DNA of 64,000 nucleotides, taken from the IMG/VR virus record IMGVR_UViG_3300010389_000006, positions 16,786 through 80,785 of that record, one strand, 5' to 3'. Within the stretch, counting starts at the first letter, position 1, and each line of letters opens with the position of its first letter. The notes beneath the pieces were generated by a model. It saw nothing but the letters and a program-made list of their open reading frames with translations, had not been told where the DNA came from and did no database searches. This document shows positions 54,535 to 64,000 of this stretch, piece by piece. Position numbers and translations under genes: made by a program. This stretch comes from a virus.

Positions 54535-55035
54535 ATGGCAAGTAATCTAAAAGAGTTTGATTCTTTGGGTGGATTCTCTATTGATCAAGTATCAGTAATT
54601 GATGAAGATAGAAATGCCAAAGATCTAAACACATTAGAAATCAAGAATAGTTTTTATTCTGATAGTAAGACAACACAATATATTTTAAGAGGAATTAATA
54701 CAGCAACTCTGCAGTTGGATGATGTTGGAACAACCATTCCATTAGAAAATTCAACTATCAATTTTATTACTGGACATTTTCTAGCAGCAAATCCAAGTGG
54801 TGTTGTATATACAGGAAAGATTGAAAGTTCTGTTTTATGTGGACCAATTGGAAACACTACTGTTCAATCTAGTATGTTGACAATTATCAAGCACGATGTT
54901 CCTGTTGGAGAGGCGTGGGAAATTGATACATTTTCAGCAGCAAATAGATTCAGTTATAATGTTGTGAGAACAGGAACAACACAGACAATCAAATGGGTTG
55001 TATCAACACAGGTTGTTAGTATTGCGTGGGCATAG
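54535..55035 (+). CDS. Hypothetical structural protein
   Basis: ORF track, 166 aa, beta-rich; within the late block. Confidence 0.7.
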   Translation: MASNLKEFDSLGGFSIDQVSVIDEDRNAKDLNTLEIKNSFYSDSKTTQYILRGINTATLQLDDVGTTIPLENSTINFITGHFLAANPSGVVYTGKIESSVLCGPIGNTTVQSSMLTIIKHDVPVGEAWEIDTFSAANRFSYNVVRTGTTQTIKWVVSTQVVSIAWA

Positions 55036-55037
55036 GT

Positions 55038-55045
55038 GCTAAATA
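55038..55045 (+). promoter_or_regulatory. T4-type late promoter
   Basis: GCTAAATA upstream of ATG 55083. Confidence 0.6.
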
Positions 55046-55082
55046 TAACTGAGGATAATAACGGCGGGAGCTAGAAGGCACC

Positions 55083-58000
55083 ATGAGTTTTCATATTAAT
55101 TCCGATAAAGAAAAGATTAGAGGCGTAAACCCTAAACTCATCGGTGATAATGAAGCTACTATTAGAGTTGGTACTGGAACTGACGAGCGAGAAGTATTTC
55201 GTGCTCAGTTAGATCCAAATACCAATTTGCCCAGAATTGGTATTAACAGAACTGGTCAAAGAGTAAATAACATTGAGATTACTCAAGGTGGTACTGGATA
55301 TACTCAAGTTCCTCTTGTAGAACTTTCTGCTCCACCAGCTGGCGGAACTCAAGCACTTGCATCTGCTTTTATTTTCAATGGAAGAATTTCTTCTATTGCT
55401 GTAAATGATCCTGGCAGTGGATACACTTCACCCCCATTAGTAACTATCACTGGCGGTAATGGTGCTGGTGCTGCTGCCGAAGCGTTCCTTGATACAGTTG
55501 ACTTTGAACTTGATATCAATGGTGCTATTAGAACTTCTACATCTATCATTTCTGATACTGCTAGAGTTCTAAACCTTGATATTGAAAACTTTGTTACTCC
55601 AGACTTAGCACTCAGAGGTCCAAGTCTAAAAACATACATGAATGGAACTGGAACCATTTGGAGTTCCAATGTAATCCTTCAAAAAGGAGATTACAGATAT
55701 TTTGGTCAAAACGTTTATGAGGCACTTAACTCTGGTCAAACTGGAGTTCTTGGACCTGAACATAGTGATGGCATTGAACTGAATGGAGAAGTAAGATTTA
55801 AGCATATTGGTTTTAGAGTTGTAGATCCAAATAATGAACTGTATCTACAAACTGGAGAAGCAGGATTATTCCCACGTTCAATTACACCTCAACTTGGTGA
55901 TAGATCAGATAGAATTGCTACAACAGAATACGTCCTCAACCTAGCAACGAATGACGTTGGTGGTCGTATCTATGTTTCCGAACAGATTGGTTCCGATCTA
56001 AACGATGGTCGTTCAGCTGTAAACCCAGTTAGAACCATCAAGAAAGCGGCGCAACTTGCTTGGGAAACGGTTGGCGTAAAAGAAACTATTATTGTTTCTG
56101 GTGGTGATTATGTAGAAGATAACCCAATTTCACTCCCACCAGATGCTTCGGTTGTTGGTGATAACTTGCGTCTTGTTATCATTAGACCAGGAAATCCAAA
56201 CAAGCACATCTTTAAGTTTGGTGATAAAAACTATGTAACTGGTGTTACGTATAGAGACCAAGTTGATTCAAACGGAGACCCAGTAGCAACTTGGGACTTT
56301 GCTATGGTCTTTGACGACAAGCAAAGAATTTCTATTGACTATGATGCTAATGGCGATTTTGGAACATCATTCCCAATTGGTCATCAAATTTTTGGTCCAA
56401 ACAGATTTAGAGTTACTTTCCAGAATAACACAGGTCTTTCAGATCTACAGACTGGCGTTGAAGTTGTTGGTGTCAACACTGGTGCTAGAGCAAATGTTCT
56501 AGATGTCATATTCAACTCAACAACTGGAGCAAATGCGTATGTTTCTGGAACACTTGATGTTGAACTATCATCTGGTTCTTTCGTTGAGGGTGAGCAATAC
56601 GACTACCTTATATCATCAACAACTGGACCAGCAATTGCTCTAACTATTTCTCAGACTGCTGGGGAAAACACTCTTAGATTTACTGATGATCCAGAATCAA
56701 CCATTCCAGCTGGAACATATGTTTTCCTAGATGATACAACTGATGCTAATTTTACTCAAGGTTATTATCAGGTAGGATCTATTGATGACGCCAATGCTCC
56801 AACATACTGGGATGTAAACTTTGTTCCTGTTTTAGGATCTCCTGGATGGGATAGTTCCACTTCAGCATCAATTACTATCAATGAAGCATCTCCTGATATT
56901 GAAACGTTTGATACAACCAGACTAAGATCAATTAGAGCTGAAGGTGAGGTTGTTTCTGTTGATGAGGATATTACAACAACTTTACCAATTGTAAGACTTG
57001 ACTTCTCACTACAAGGAGATCCCAGTATTGCTACTGGTGGTTTCCAAGAAGCACAGTTTGGTAGTGCTGAAGATCTTGGTGGTGTTGTTTTCTACACCAG
57101 TGATCTTGTAGGAAGAACCAATACCCACGAGTTCAAAGAGGGTCAGGAAATCATCATCACTGGAATGCCAGTGGCAAACCCAGACCTTTCTGCGTTGAAT
57201 GGTAAGCAAAGAATTTATAAAGTTCTTGAGGATGCTGACGGTAGAGCAAGAAGATTTGTTATTCCTAAGAAGTTTCCATCAATTGCTAATCCAGATCTAG
57301 ATCCTGGTGAATTTGCCACGGTTCAGTCTTACTCAAAAGTAATTACACTTTCACTACTAAACTCACCAAACAAGTTCCAACTTACAACTCCAACTGATAG
57401 AAGATATCAGGATGCTTGTCAACTCATCAGAAACAACAGAGATTTTATTGCTGATGAAGTTGTAGGACGTATCAACGATGAGTTCAAGAAAGAATATTAC
57501 TCAGCATATAACATTGATACGGTAAACAACACTTTTGATATTTTCCTAGGAACAAGCAACTTTGCTCATACTTATGTAAGTGGCGGAACTGTATACTTTG
57601 GAGCAACTCCATACACGATCACGGATTTTGTTTGGGACAATCTTAGCACTGGTGTTGCTACTATTACTCTAAGCACTGCTCCTGGTTTTGTTGAAGATGA
57701 TATTATTAGAATAGAAGATATTCTAGTTTCATGTGCTAATGGCGAAAAGTTATATCCAAGTTTTAGCATCCCCGTAGATGATGATCAGTGCCGTCAAGAC
57801 ATTGTTCACTTCTTGAATGCTCTAGTAAGAGACCTTGAGTTTGGAAGCAACCACAACGTCTTAGAAGCAGGTTCTAAGTATATCACTGGAGCTAAGATTG
57901 GATATGTAGAGAATGAGATTGTTCAAACCGTCCGTGCTATTGAGTATGCCAGAGAGTTGGCAATCTATGCGATGTGTAATTGGAGAATTGGAAACAGAAC

Positions 58001-61000
58001 TCCTGGTGATCCTCTATATGCTCCACAGTATTCTACACTTGACAGATATTTTGATGATACTGTTATTACAGCAACTGCTGGAACACCAGCTTGTTCTAAC
58101 GTAGCATCTGCTATTACAACACTATCATATTTGTTTATTGATGTTGTTGCCAACAACACAAGTGGAACTTATCTAGACGCAGCATACCTAATCGCAAGAA
58201 ACAAAGATCTCATTGCTCATCAGGCACTCCTAGATACCCAATCACAGTATCCTACACTAGGTCTTTCAAATACACACGAAAGAAAGTGCCTCAGAGACAT
58301 TGGATATGTTCTAAGAGGTCTCATCAGGGATCTGTGCCTTGGTGGAAACGCTGGAACAGTTACAGCAGCAAAAGCGTACTTTACTGCTAATGTTCTATCT
58401 GGTGTTGATGTAGATCAGATTGAAGAAACAAGATACGCTTATACCAAGGTAAGAGATTACGCTATTGACGCAATGCGTAATTGGACTGATGGTGCTGGAA
58501 CACCAGTAACAACATCATCAGATATTCCACAATTCACAGATGGAACTATTCTGGCAGATCCAGGAAGTCCAGATTGCGCCAATGTAGCATCATCAATTGG
58601 CACTCTGATGGGAATTCTTGATGCAATTCTTGAGTATGGTGAAGATAGCGAAAGTCCAACTGCTACTGCTCCAACATCTGTAATTGAGAATTATGGAACT
58701 CTATATGATATTTCAGAAATTATTACTTACCCAGATAGCTATCTTACTGATTTTAATAATCAAGTAGTAGCAATTCGTGGCGACTATGATGACTATCCAA
58801 TTATTGAAGCCTCACCTTATACACAGAATGCATCTGTCATTTCATTCTTAGGGGGTGGCGGCGCTAGAGTTGATGGTTCTAAGGTCAAACAACCCAACTG
58901 TCCTTTCCCTGGTCTAGAATTAGATGGAACAGCATCATTCCCCAACCAAGGTAAGTCCATGGTTGCTGCTGCTTTCACCATTGTATCTTTTGGTGGAACG
59001 GGATATGAAATTATCAATGATGGTTATACTCAGTTAGTTTCTGTCTTCGTTATCTTCTGTGCTGACGGTGTTCTTGCCGAATCTGGTGGATATGCTTCTA
59101 TCACAAACTCAGCAACAAACTTTGGACAATATGCTTTAAGAGCAACTGGATATAGAGACGAAGCATATGAATTTGACGTTGCTACTGTAGATGTTGTATC
59201 TCAGACAGCAACTGGAAGAACTACACTTACTATTTCTGGTATAGGAAGAGAACCACTTGAGCACTATGTCTGTAAGTTTGATGGTTTCTCCAATTTTGAT
59301 GACGAAACAGAATACTTTATTGATTCTGTAAGTCAGGTTTCTGTTGGACCTCCTTTCTCCGCTACTATCACCATTGATGATGGAACTGGAACTCCACTAG
59401 AACTTATCAGAGATTCTGATGGTGCTGTAATTACTGGTCTAACAAACTTACAGAATGCTCTAACACCACAAGGTCAGAACGCTACAATTAGACTACACAG
59501 ACCATCTATTGTTAATAGTTCTTCTCACACTTGGGAATATGCTGGTTCTGGTACTAACTACCTTGCTCTTCCAGAGAACGGTGGTACTAAGATAGAAGCA
59601 TTTGAGCAAGTATCTGAGAACTATGGTAGAGTCTATTGTTCTGGTACGGACGAACTTGGTGACTTCAAAGTTGGTACTTTTGCTAGAATTGAAAACAGAA
59701 CTGGTAATATTACCTTTACTGGTACAGTTACGATCTCGGAAGTTGAATTCCTCAAACTGAAGGGTGGAGACGTTGTTGTTACTGGTTTTGACGCATCCAA
59801 TACTCTTGGTGGTGCTAACGCAACCGACTCCAAACTACCAACTCAAAAAGCAGTTAGAGATTACATCACCAACAACCTTGGTCCATACATCAACAAACCA
59901 TATTCAACCAACGCTGTTCCTAGAGCACTAGTCGAACTTACTGATTCTGGTAAGATTTCTCTAGATCAGATTCCCGCTCTAAGACCATTCAGTGTCTACA
60001 CTGTTGCTGATGAAGCAGAAAGACTTTCGATTGAAGGGGCACTTGCTGGTGATATTGCTATTCAGCAAGACACATCAACATCGTTTATTCTAAACAACGA
60101 TCTCGATAGTCTATTCCTTGGTTTTGCTGTAGACCCAACGCTACAATTTACCAATCAAAATATTTACACTGGAACACCTTCTACGGGAAGAATTCAAGCA
60201 ACTGAATACAGAGAAGGTGTTGTATATCAAATCAATATCACTGATGGTGGATCTGGTTATACAGTAGCACCAACGGTTACAATTTCTGGTGGTAGTCCAG
60301 ACCCCAATGGATCAGTTCCTGCTACAGCATCATGTACCATTGCAAATGGTGAAGTTGTTACAGTAACTATTACTGAGAATGCTGGATATAGGGGTGGTTA
60401 TGGATACACAGCACAACCTATTGTAACCTTTACTGCTCCTCCTGGTGCTGGAACACAAGCAACTGGTAATGCTTTTATAGAAAGCAGACTATATGGTGAT
60501 GTTGTCAACAGAATCAAAATGCTTGACACAGATAATTTTGATGACGATCTCGGAAATACAATTAATATTACTCGTGTTGTAAATACTTCTGCTTCCGATA
60601 TCAACAACTGGGTATCTCTATCTAGTGATTCTGTTTCTGTTGGAACTCTTGTTGGTCCTGGTGTTATTTCCACAACCTTACTTGGTACTGGAGCAGCAAA
60701 CTCATTCACATTCCTTAGAGGCGACGAAAGTTATGCTCTAGCAGTTCAATCTCTCAAGGGTGCTGAATCTAGATACTTTGCTCAACTATATTCAACTGCT
60801 ACTGTAGGATCTGCTCAACTTATCTTTACAACAAACTCCAATACTCTAATTGGACACGAAGTTAAACCAACGGTTGCTGGTATTGCTAACGACACCTCAA
60901 TCAATGGTGTTGTAACTACTGGAGGTTTGACAACTGTATCAATCAATAATCCACTAACAGCAGAAATACCTGCGGGAACTGTTATTGAATTTGAAAGAGG

Positions 61001-64000
61001 ATCTTCTCCACTACTATTTGAATCTTCATATACTCAGGGTGGATTTATTGATCAATTAGTTATTGGAAATGGTGGTACTAATTATACCGATGGTCAGTAT
61101 TTTGATGTTGGAATTGATGGTGGTGCTGGAACTGGACTAAGAGCAAATATTGTTGTTTCTGGTGGAACAGTTACTGAAATTACTGTTACAAACTCTGGAA
61201 CTGGATACACAAATGACTTTACCGTCAATCCAAATCCAGCAGATATTGGTGCTGGATCTAACCTAGTTTTACTAGCAAAAACTAGCACAGTAAACAGACA
61301 GTATGCGAACGTATCTCTTGACATTCAGAGAGTTTCCGATCTTACTATTTCTGCCGATGAATATGGAACTATTGGTGTTGCTAGATTCCTCAAGTCTCAG
61401 TTCAAAATTGGAGAATCTGGAAACGGATCTATTGACATTAGAACAGGTCCTGATAGTGGACTAGATGCTGACTTACTTGACGGCGCACAAGGCGCTTTCT
61501 ATACAAACGCATCCAACATTAGTTCTGGAACTTTAGATTCTGATCGTCTATCTGGAACATATAACATCTCAATTTCTGGTCAATCGGCAAACACGATTCG
61601 TCTATTGACTGGTACATCAAACCCATCTTCAAACCCACTACCCAAGGATTTTGCTCAAGGTATTGTTCTAAACAGTGTCTTCAATAGTTCAAATGGACTA
61701 TCAACTGCATATCCATCTGTAACAGGTATTGATCCTAACGATCCAAACTCAACTCCCACATCGACAAAACATCTTGTAATGTCGATCAGAACTGAGGGTA
61801 GCGGTATTTCAACTGCTGCTGGTGTTAGACAACTAGCATTTGCTGATGATGATAGCATCTACACTCGTGGTTCTGGAAGTGAAGCAGGACAATCAACTAC
61901 ATTTGGATCATGGAATAAGATTTGGAGTTCTGGAAACCATGGTCTAGATAGTGGACTTGATGCTGATAAACTTGATAACAAGCAAGGTCTTTGGTATCAA
62001 GATGGTTGGAACATCAAAACAAATGAGTTGTTTGATACCAGAATGCCACGCTGGTTAAGCCCAACTAAGTTCAGAAATCAACTAGAAATTAAATCGTATT
62101 CTGGAACAGATACTTATTATAGAATTCTTGTAAGAGAGAATCTTCCTATTGATCCAGGTGGAGATTATGAACCAAACTCCCAAATTAATGTTTATGATGC
62201 TAACTTCCAAGACATTAGTGATTTCTTCATTACCGATGCCTTCCGAAATGTAGATATTGATGATCCAACAAATACTTACACAATGCTTATCGGAAGACTT
62301 CCTTCTGGTGGTGATATTACTCTTGCTAAGTATATTGGTTTCGCTGGCGAAGAAAAAGTATTTGAAAACTATGAAATCTATGATACAAATACTTACACCG
62401 TATCAAAACTAGGAAATGATAGTGGAGATGCATTTTTACAGTTAGGAAGAAGAGATGGTGTAGCATCTTCACAACCATACATTTGGTTTAATTCTTCATT
62501 ATTCCCAGCACTAGATGGAAATGGAGATCCATCATATAATGCTGCCATTGTTGCTAGTGGAGGAGATGCCACTACAGGATCAGGAACACTAGAATTCCTA
62601 GTAGCAAATGAAAATGCGGTAGAGATCAATGGTTCTGTTATCTGGAACGCATCAAACGTAGCGTTTAACAATACAAACGTTGTTACAACATATCTAGAAG
62701 ATGGAACTACTCCAAACCTAAGATCAGCAGTAATGCGCGATGGTTTTGGAAACTTCTCTGCTGGAACAATTACTGCTTCTCTAACTGGTGCCGCTTCACT
62801 CAACGTGTTGAAGACTGGAGACACCATGACTGGTGCTCTGCTAATTACGAATGTCGGTGCTACAACAACTGCTCTTAGTGTTTCTGGTAAAGGTGTATTC
62901 CTTGCTGGTGCTACCGTTGCCGCTGACTTTGCCGTTGATACTGGAACACTCTATGTGAATTCCACAAACAACAGAGTAAGCATCAACACTCCAGTTGATG
63001 GTGGAACAGGCGCATTTATTGAAACCAATCCACTGAAGTTGAATGTTTATGATGCTAACCAATCACTAGCATTCCAGAGTGATACGGCGCTTACAGCAAA
63101 TACAAGTTTCTATCAATTCTCTATCTTCAATAAGGTTGATGGTGGCGAATCTGGATTGATTCTACAACATGGCGATGGAGAAGTAGCACAGTGGGGTATT
63201 TCTACTGTAAGAACTGGAAATTATGTTGGCGATCTTATCTTTAGAACGAGAGTTGCTAATTCACAAAATTCCAAGAGACTTACTCTTACAAATGGTGGCA
63301 ATCTAATTCCAGCGACAACAAATGCTCAATCTGTTGGTAGCAGCACGAATAAGTGGCAAGAGATTTATACACACATTTCTCTAGTTCAAGATAGTGTAAG
63401 AATTGGAGATGCTTCCGCTAATGCCGAGGCAGATGTTCAATTCAAGGGTGCTAGTGCTTCTCCTGGTGGCGGTAGAAACTTCCGTATTGGTAATAACATC
63501 GGTGCTGGTGTTGATGTATTTGCTATCTATTCTTCTGGAACTGATGGTGGTATTGACTGGAAGAATACTCTCGGAACTCCAGAAGCTCCAGCATTAGCAA
63601 TTCAAGGTGCTAATAATAGAATTGGTATTAATACCACAGAATTTAGTGGAATTGATAATTCGGATGAAGAAAATCCAATTACAAGAAACTATATTCTAAA
63701 CGTTCAGGGAGATATGAACCTGAATGGTATTCTTTATCAAAACAATGAGGAATTTGTAACTTCAAGATGGACAGAATCTAGCGATTTTGATGGAGCAAAT
63801 ATTTACAGATTGTCTTATGTTGGTATCAACAAAGAAGATCCACAATATGCTCTGGATGTTTCTGGTGATCTTAATATGACTGGCGTTCTAAGAGTTAATG
63901 GAACTGCTCAGTGGTTAGATTCTTATGGCATTATTAAAGTTACTAATTCACTCATCGCAGAAGACGTAACAATTCCATCTGGAACAATTGCATATAGTAA
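55083..64000 (+). CDS. Giant tailspike/tail-fibre protein, 3'-truncated (at least 2972 aa); absent from the ORF track
   Basis: ATG 55083 (MSFHINSDKEKIRG...). The frame reads open wherever checked and at the window end (...EDVTIPSGTIAYS). Pectin-lyase-like beta-helix signatures (IYVSEQIGSDLNDG...PVRTIKKAAQLA; SVVGDNLR; SPYTQNASVIS; SITNSATNFG), two phycobiliprotein-like inserts, and C-terminal fibre repeats (RIGINT, LNVQGD). Confidence 0.85.
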   Translation, partial: MSFHINSDKEKIRGVNPKLIGDNEATIRVGTGTDEREVFRAQLDPNTNLPRIGINRTGQRVNNIEITQGGTGYTQVPLVELSAPPAGGTQALASAFIFNGRISSIAVNDPGSGYTSPPLVTITGGNGAGAAAEAFLDTVDFELDINGAIRTSTSIISDTARVLNLDIENFVTPDLALRGPSLKTYMNGTGTIWSSNVILQKGDYRYFGQNVYEALNSGQTGVLGPEHSDGIELNGEVRFKHIGFRVVDPNNELYLQTGEAGLFPRSITPQLGDRSDRIATTEYVLNLATNDVGGRIYVSEQIGSDLNDGRSAVNPVRTIKKAAQLAWETVGVKETIIVSGGDYVEDNPISLPPDASVVGDNLRLVIIRPGNPNKHIFKFGDKNYVTGVTYRDQVDSNGDPVATWDFAMVFDDKQRISIDYDANGDFGTSFPIGHQIFGPNRFRVTFQNNTGLSDLQTGVEVVGVNTGARANVLDVIFNSTTGANAYVSGTLDVELSSGSFVEGEQYDYLISSTTGPAIALTISQTAGENTLRFTDDPESTIPAGTYVFLDDTTDANFTQGYYQVGSIDDANAPTYWDVNFVPVLGSPGWDSSTSASITINEASPDIETFDTTRLRSIRAEGEVVSVDEDITTTLPIVRLDFSLQGDPSIATGGFQEAQFGSAEDLGGVVFYTSDLVGRTNTHEFKEGQEIIITGMPVANPDLSALNGKQRIYKVLEDADGRARRFVIPKKFPSIANPDLDPGEFATVQSYSKVITLSLLNSPNKFQLTTPTDRRYQDACQLIRNNRDFIADEVVGRINDEFKKEYYSAYNIDTVNNTFDIFLGTSNFAHTYVSGGTVYFGATPYTITDFVWDNLSTGVATITLSTAPGFVEDDIIRIEDILVSCANGEKLYPSFSIPVDDDQCRQDIVHFLNALVRDLEFGSNHNVLEAGSKYITGAKIGYVENEIVQTVRAIEYARELAIYAMCNWRIGNRTPGDPLYAPQYSTLDRYFDDTVITATAGTPACSNVASAITTLSYLFIDVVANNTSGTYLDAAYLIARNKDLIAHQALLDTQSQYPTLGLSNTHERKCLRDIGYVLRGLIRDLCLGGNAGTVTAAKAYFTANVLSGVDVDQIEETRYAYTKVRDYAIDAMRNWTDGAGTPVTTSSDIPQFTDGTILADPGSPDCANVASSIGTLMGILDAILEYGEDSESPTATAPTSVIENYGTLYDISEIITYPDSYLTDFNNQVVAIRGDYDDYPIIEASPYTQNASVISFLGGGGARVDGSKVKQPNCPFPGLELDGTASFPNQGKSMVAAAFTIVSFGGTGYEIINDGYTQLVSVFVIFCADGVLAESGGYASITNSATNFGQYALRATGYRDEAYEFDVATVDVVSQTATGRTTLTISGIGREPLEHYVCKFDGFSNFDDETEYFIDSVSQVSVGPPFSATITIDDGTGTPLELIRDSDGAVITGLTNLQNALTPQGQNATIRLHRPSIVNSSSHTWEYAGSGTNYLALPENGGTKIEAFEQVSENYGRVYCSGTDELGDFKVGTFARIENRTGNITFTGTVTISEVEFLKLKGGDVVVTGFDASNTLGGANATDSKLPTQKAVRDYITNNLGPYINKPYSTNAVPRALVELTDSGKISLDQIPALRPFSVYTVADEAERLSIEGALAGDIAIQQDTSTSFILNNDLDSLFLGFAVDPTLQFTNQNIYTGTPSTGRIQATEYREGVVYQINITDGGSGYTVAPTVTISGGSPDPNGSVPATASCTIANGEVVTVTITENAGYRGGYGYTAQPIVTFTAPPGAGTQATGNAFIESRLYGDVVNRIKMLDTDNFDDDLGNTINITRVVNTSASDINNWVSLSSDSVSVGTLVGPGVISTTLLGTGAANSFTFLRGDESYALAVQSLKGAESRYFAQLYSTATVGSAQLIFTTNSNTLIGHEVKPTVAGIANDTSINGVVTTGGLTTVSINNPLTAEIPAGTVIEFERGSSPLLFESSYTQGGFIDQLVIGNGGTNYTDGQYFDVGIDGGAGTGLRANIVVSGGTVTEITVTNSGTGYTNDFTVNPNPADIGAGSNLVLLAKTSTVNRQYANVSLDIQRVSDLTISADEYGTIGVARFLKSQFKIGESGNGSIDIRTGPDSGLDADLLDGAQGAFYTNASNISSGTLDSDRLSGTYNISISGQSANTIRLLTGTSNPSSNPLPKDFAQGIVLNSVFNSSNGLSTAYPSVTGIDPNDPNSTPTSTKHLVMSIRTEGSGISTAAGVRQLAFADDDSIYTRGSGSEAGQSTTFGSWNKIWSSGNHGLDSGLDADKLDNKQGLWYQDGWNIKTNELFDTRMPRWLSPTKFRNQLEIKSYSGTDTYYRILVRENLPIDPGGDYEPNSQINVYDANFQDISDFFITDAFRNVDIDDPTNTYTMLIGRLPSGGDITLAKYIGFAGEEKVFENYEIYDTNTYTVSKLGNDSGDAFLQLGRRDGVASSQPYIWFNSSLFPALDGNGDPSYNAAIVASGGDATTGSGTLEFLVANENAVEINGSVIWNASNVAFNNTNVVTTYLEDGTTPNLRSAVMRDGFGNFSAGTITASLTGAASLNVLKTGDTMTGALLITNVGATTTALSVSGKGVFLAGATVAADFAVDTGTLYVNSTNNRVSINTPVDGGTGAFIETNPLKLNVYDANQSLAFQSDTALTANTSFYQFSIFNKVDGGESGLILQHGDGEVAQWGISTVRTGNYVGDLIFRTRVANSQNSKRLTLTNGGNLIPATTNAQSVGSSTNKWQEIYTHISLVQDSVRIGDASANAEADVQFKGASASPGGGRNFRIGNNIGAGVDVFAIYSSGTDGGIDWKNTLGTPEAPALAIQGANNRIGINTTEFSGIDNSDEENPITRNYILNVQGDMNLNGILYQNNEEFVTSRWTESSDFDGANIYRLSYVGINKEDPQYALDVSGDLNMTGVLRVNGTAQWLDSYGIIKVTNSLIAEDVTIPSGTIAYS

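Noticed and set aside
26500-64000. Numerous 60-200 aa minus-strand and alternative-frame ORFs inside structural genes
   Set aside because: Nested in long, well-supported + strand genes; no RBS or promoter context and no recognisable motifs.
1-64000. tRNA/rRNA genes, introns, inteins, homing endonucleases, transposases, reverse transcriptase/DGR
   Set aside because: No T-loop/cloverleaf, LAGLIDADG/HNH/GIY-YIG, intein-terminal or YADD motifs were recognised by eye; a tRNAscan/Infernal run would be needed to exclude them formally.

Overview
This is a 64-kb segment of a T4-like cyanomyovirus (Kyanoviridae-type), probably infecting Synechococcus. Essentially all credible genes are on the + strand. 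Layout: (i) 1-7958, the 3' part of a Gly-rich tail-fibre gene followed by a tightly coupled operon with a fibre-chaperone-like gene and four 2OG-Fe(II) oxygenases. (ii) About 8000-23200, an early/accessory region of about 50 mostly tiny ORFs, including an SF2 helicase, a putative REase+MTase pair, an AbrB-like gene and a solo HicA-like gene. This region carries 13 copies of a palindromic-box + -10 promoter element with nearly fixed spacing. (iii) 23300-64000, the late baseplate/tail block: PAAR, gp25, gp6, a 3513-aa gp7, gp8, a VrlC-like protein, a 1709-aa fibre-like protein and a tailspike-like ORF of at least 2972 aa that runs off the window and is missing from the ORF track. The most striking observation is that gp7 and the terminal tailspike-like protein each carry two helical domains that align by eye with phycobiliprotein subunits (e.g. 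KCLRDIGYVLR vs phycocyanin-alpha KCARDIGYYLR). Most copies keep cysteines at the bilin-attachment-equivalent positions. A neighbouring virion protein carries an apparently intact blue-copper ligand set. No tRNA, rRNA, CRISPR array or clear mobile element was seen. All family assignments are motif recognition by eye, without database searches.
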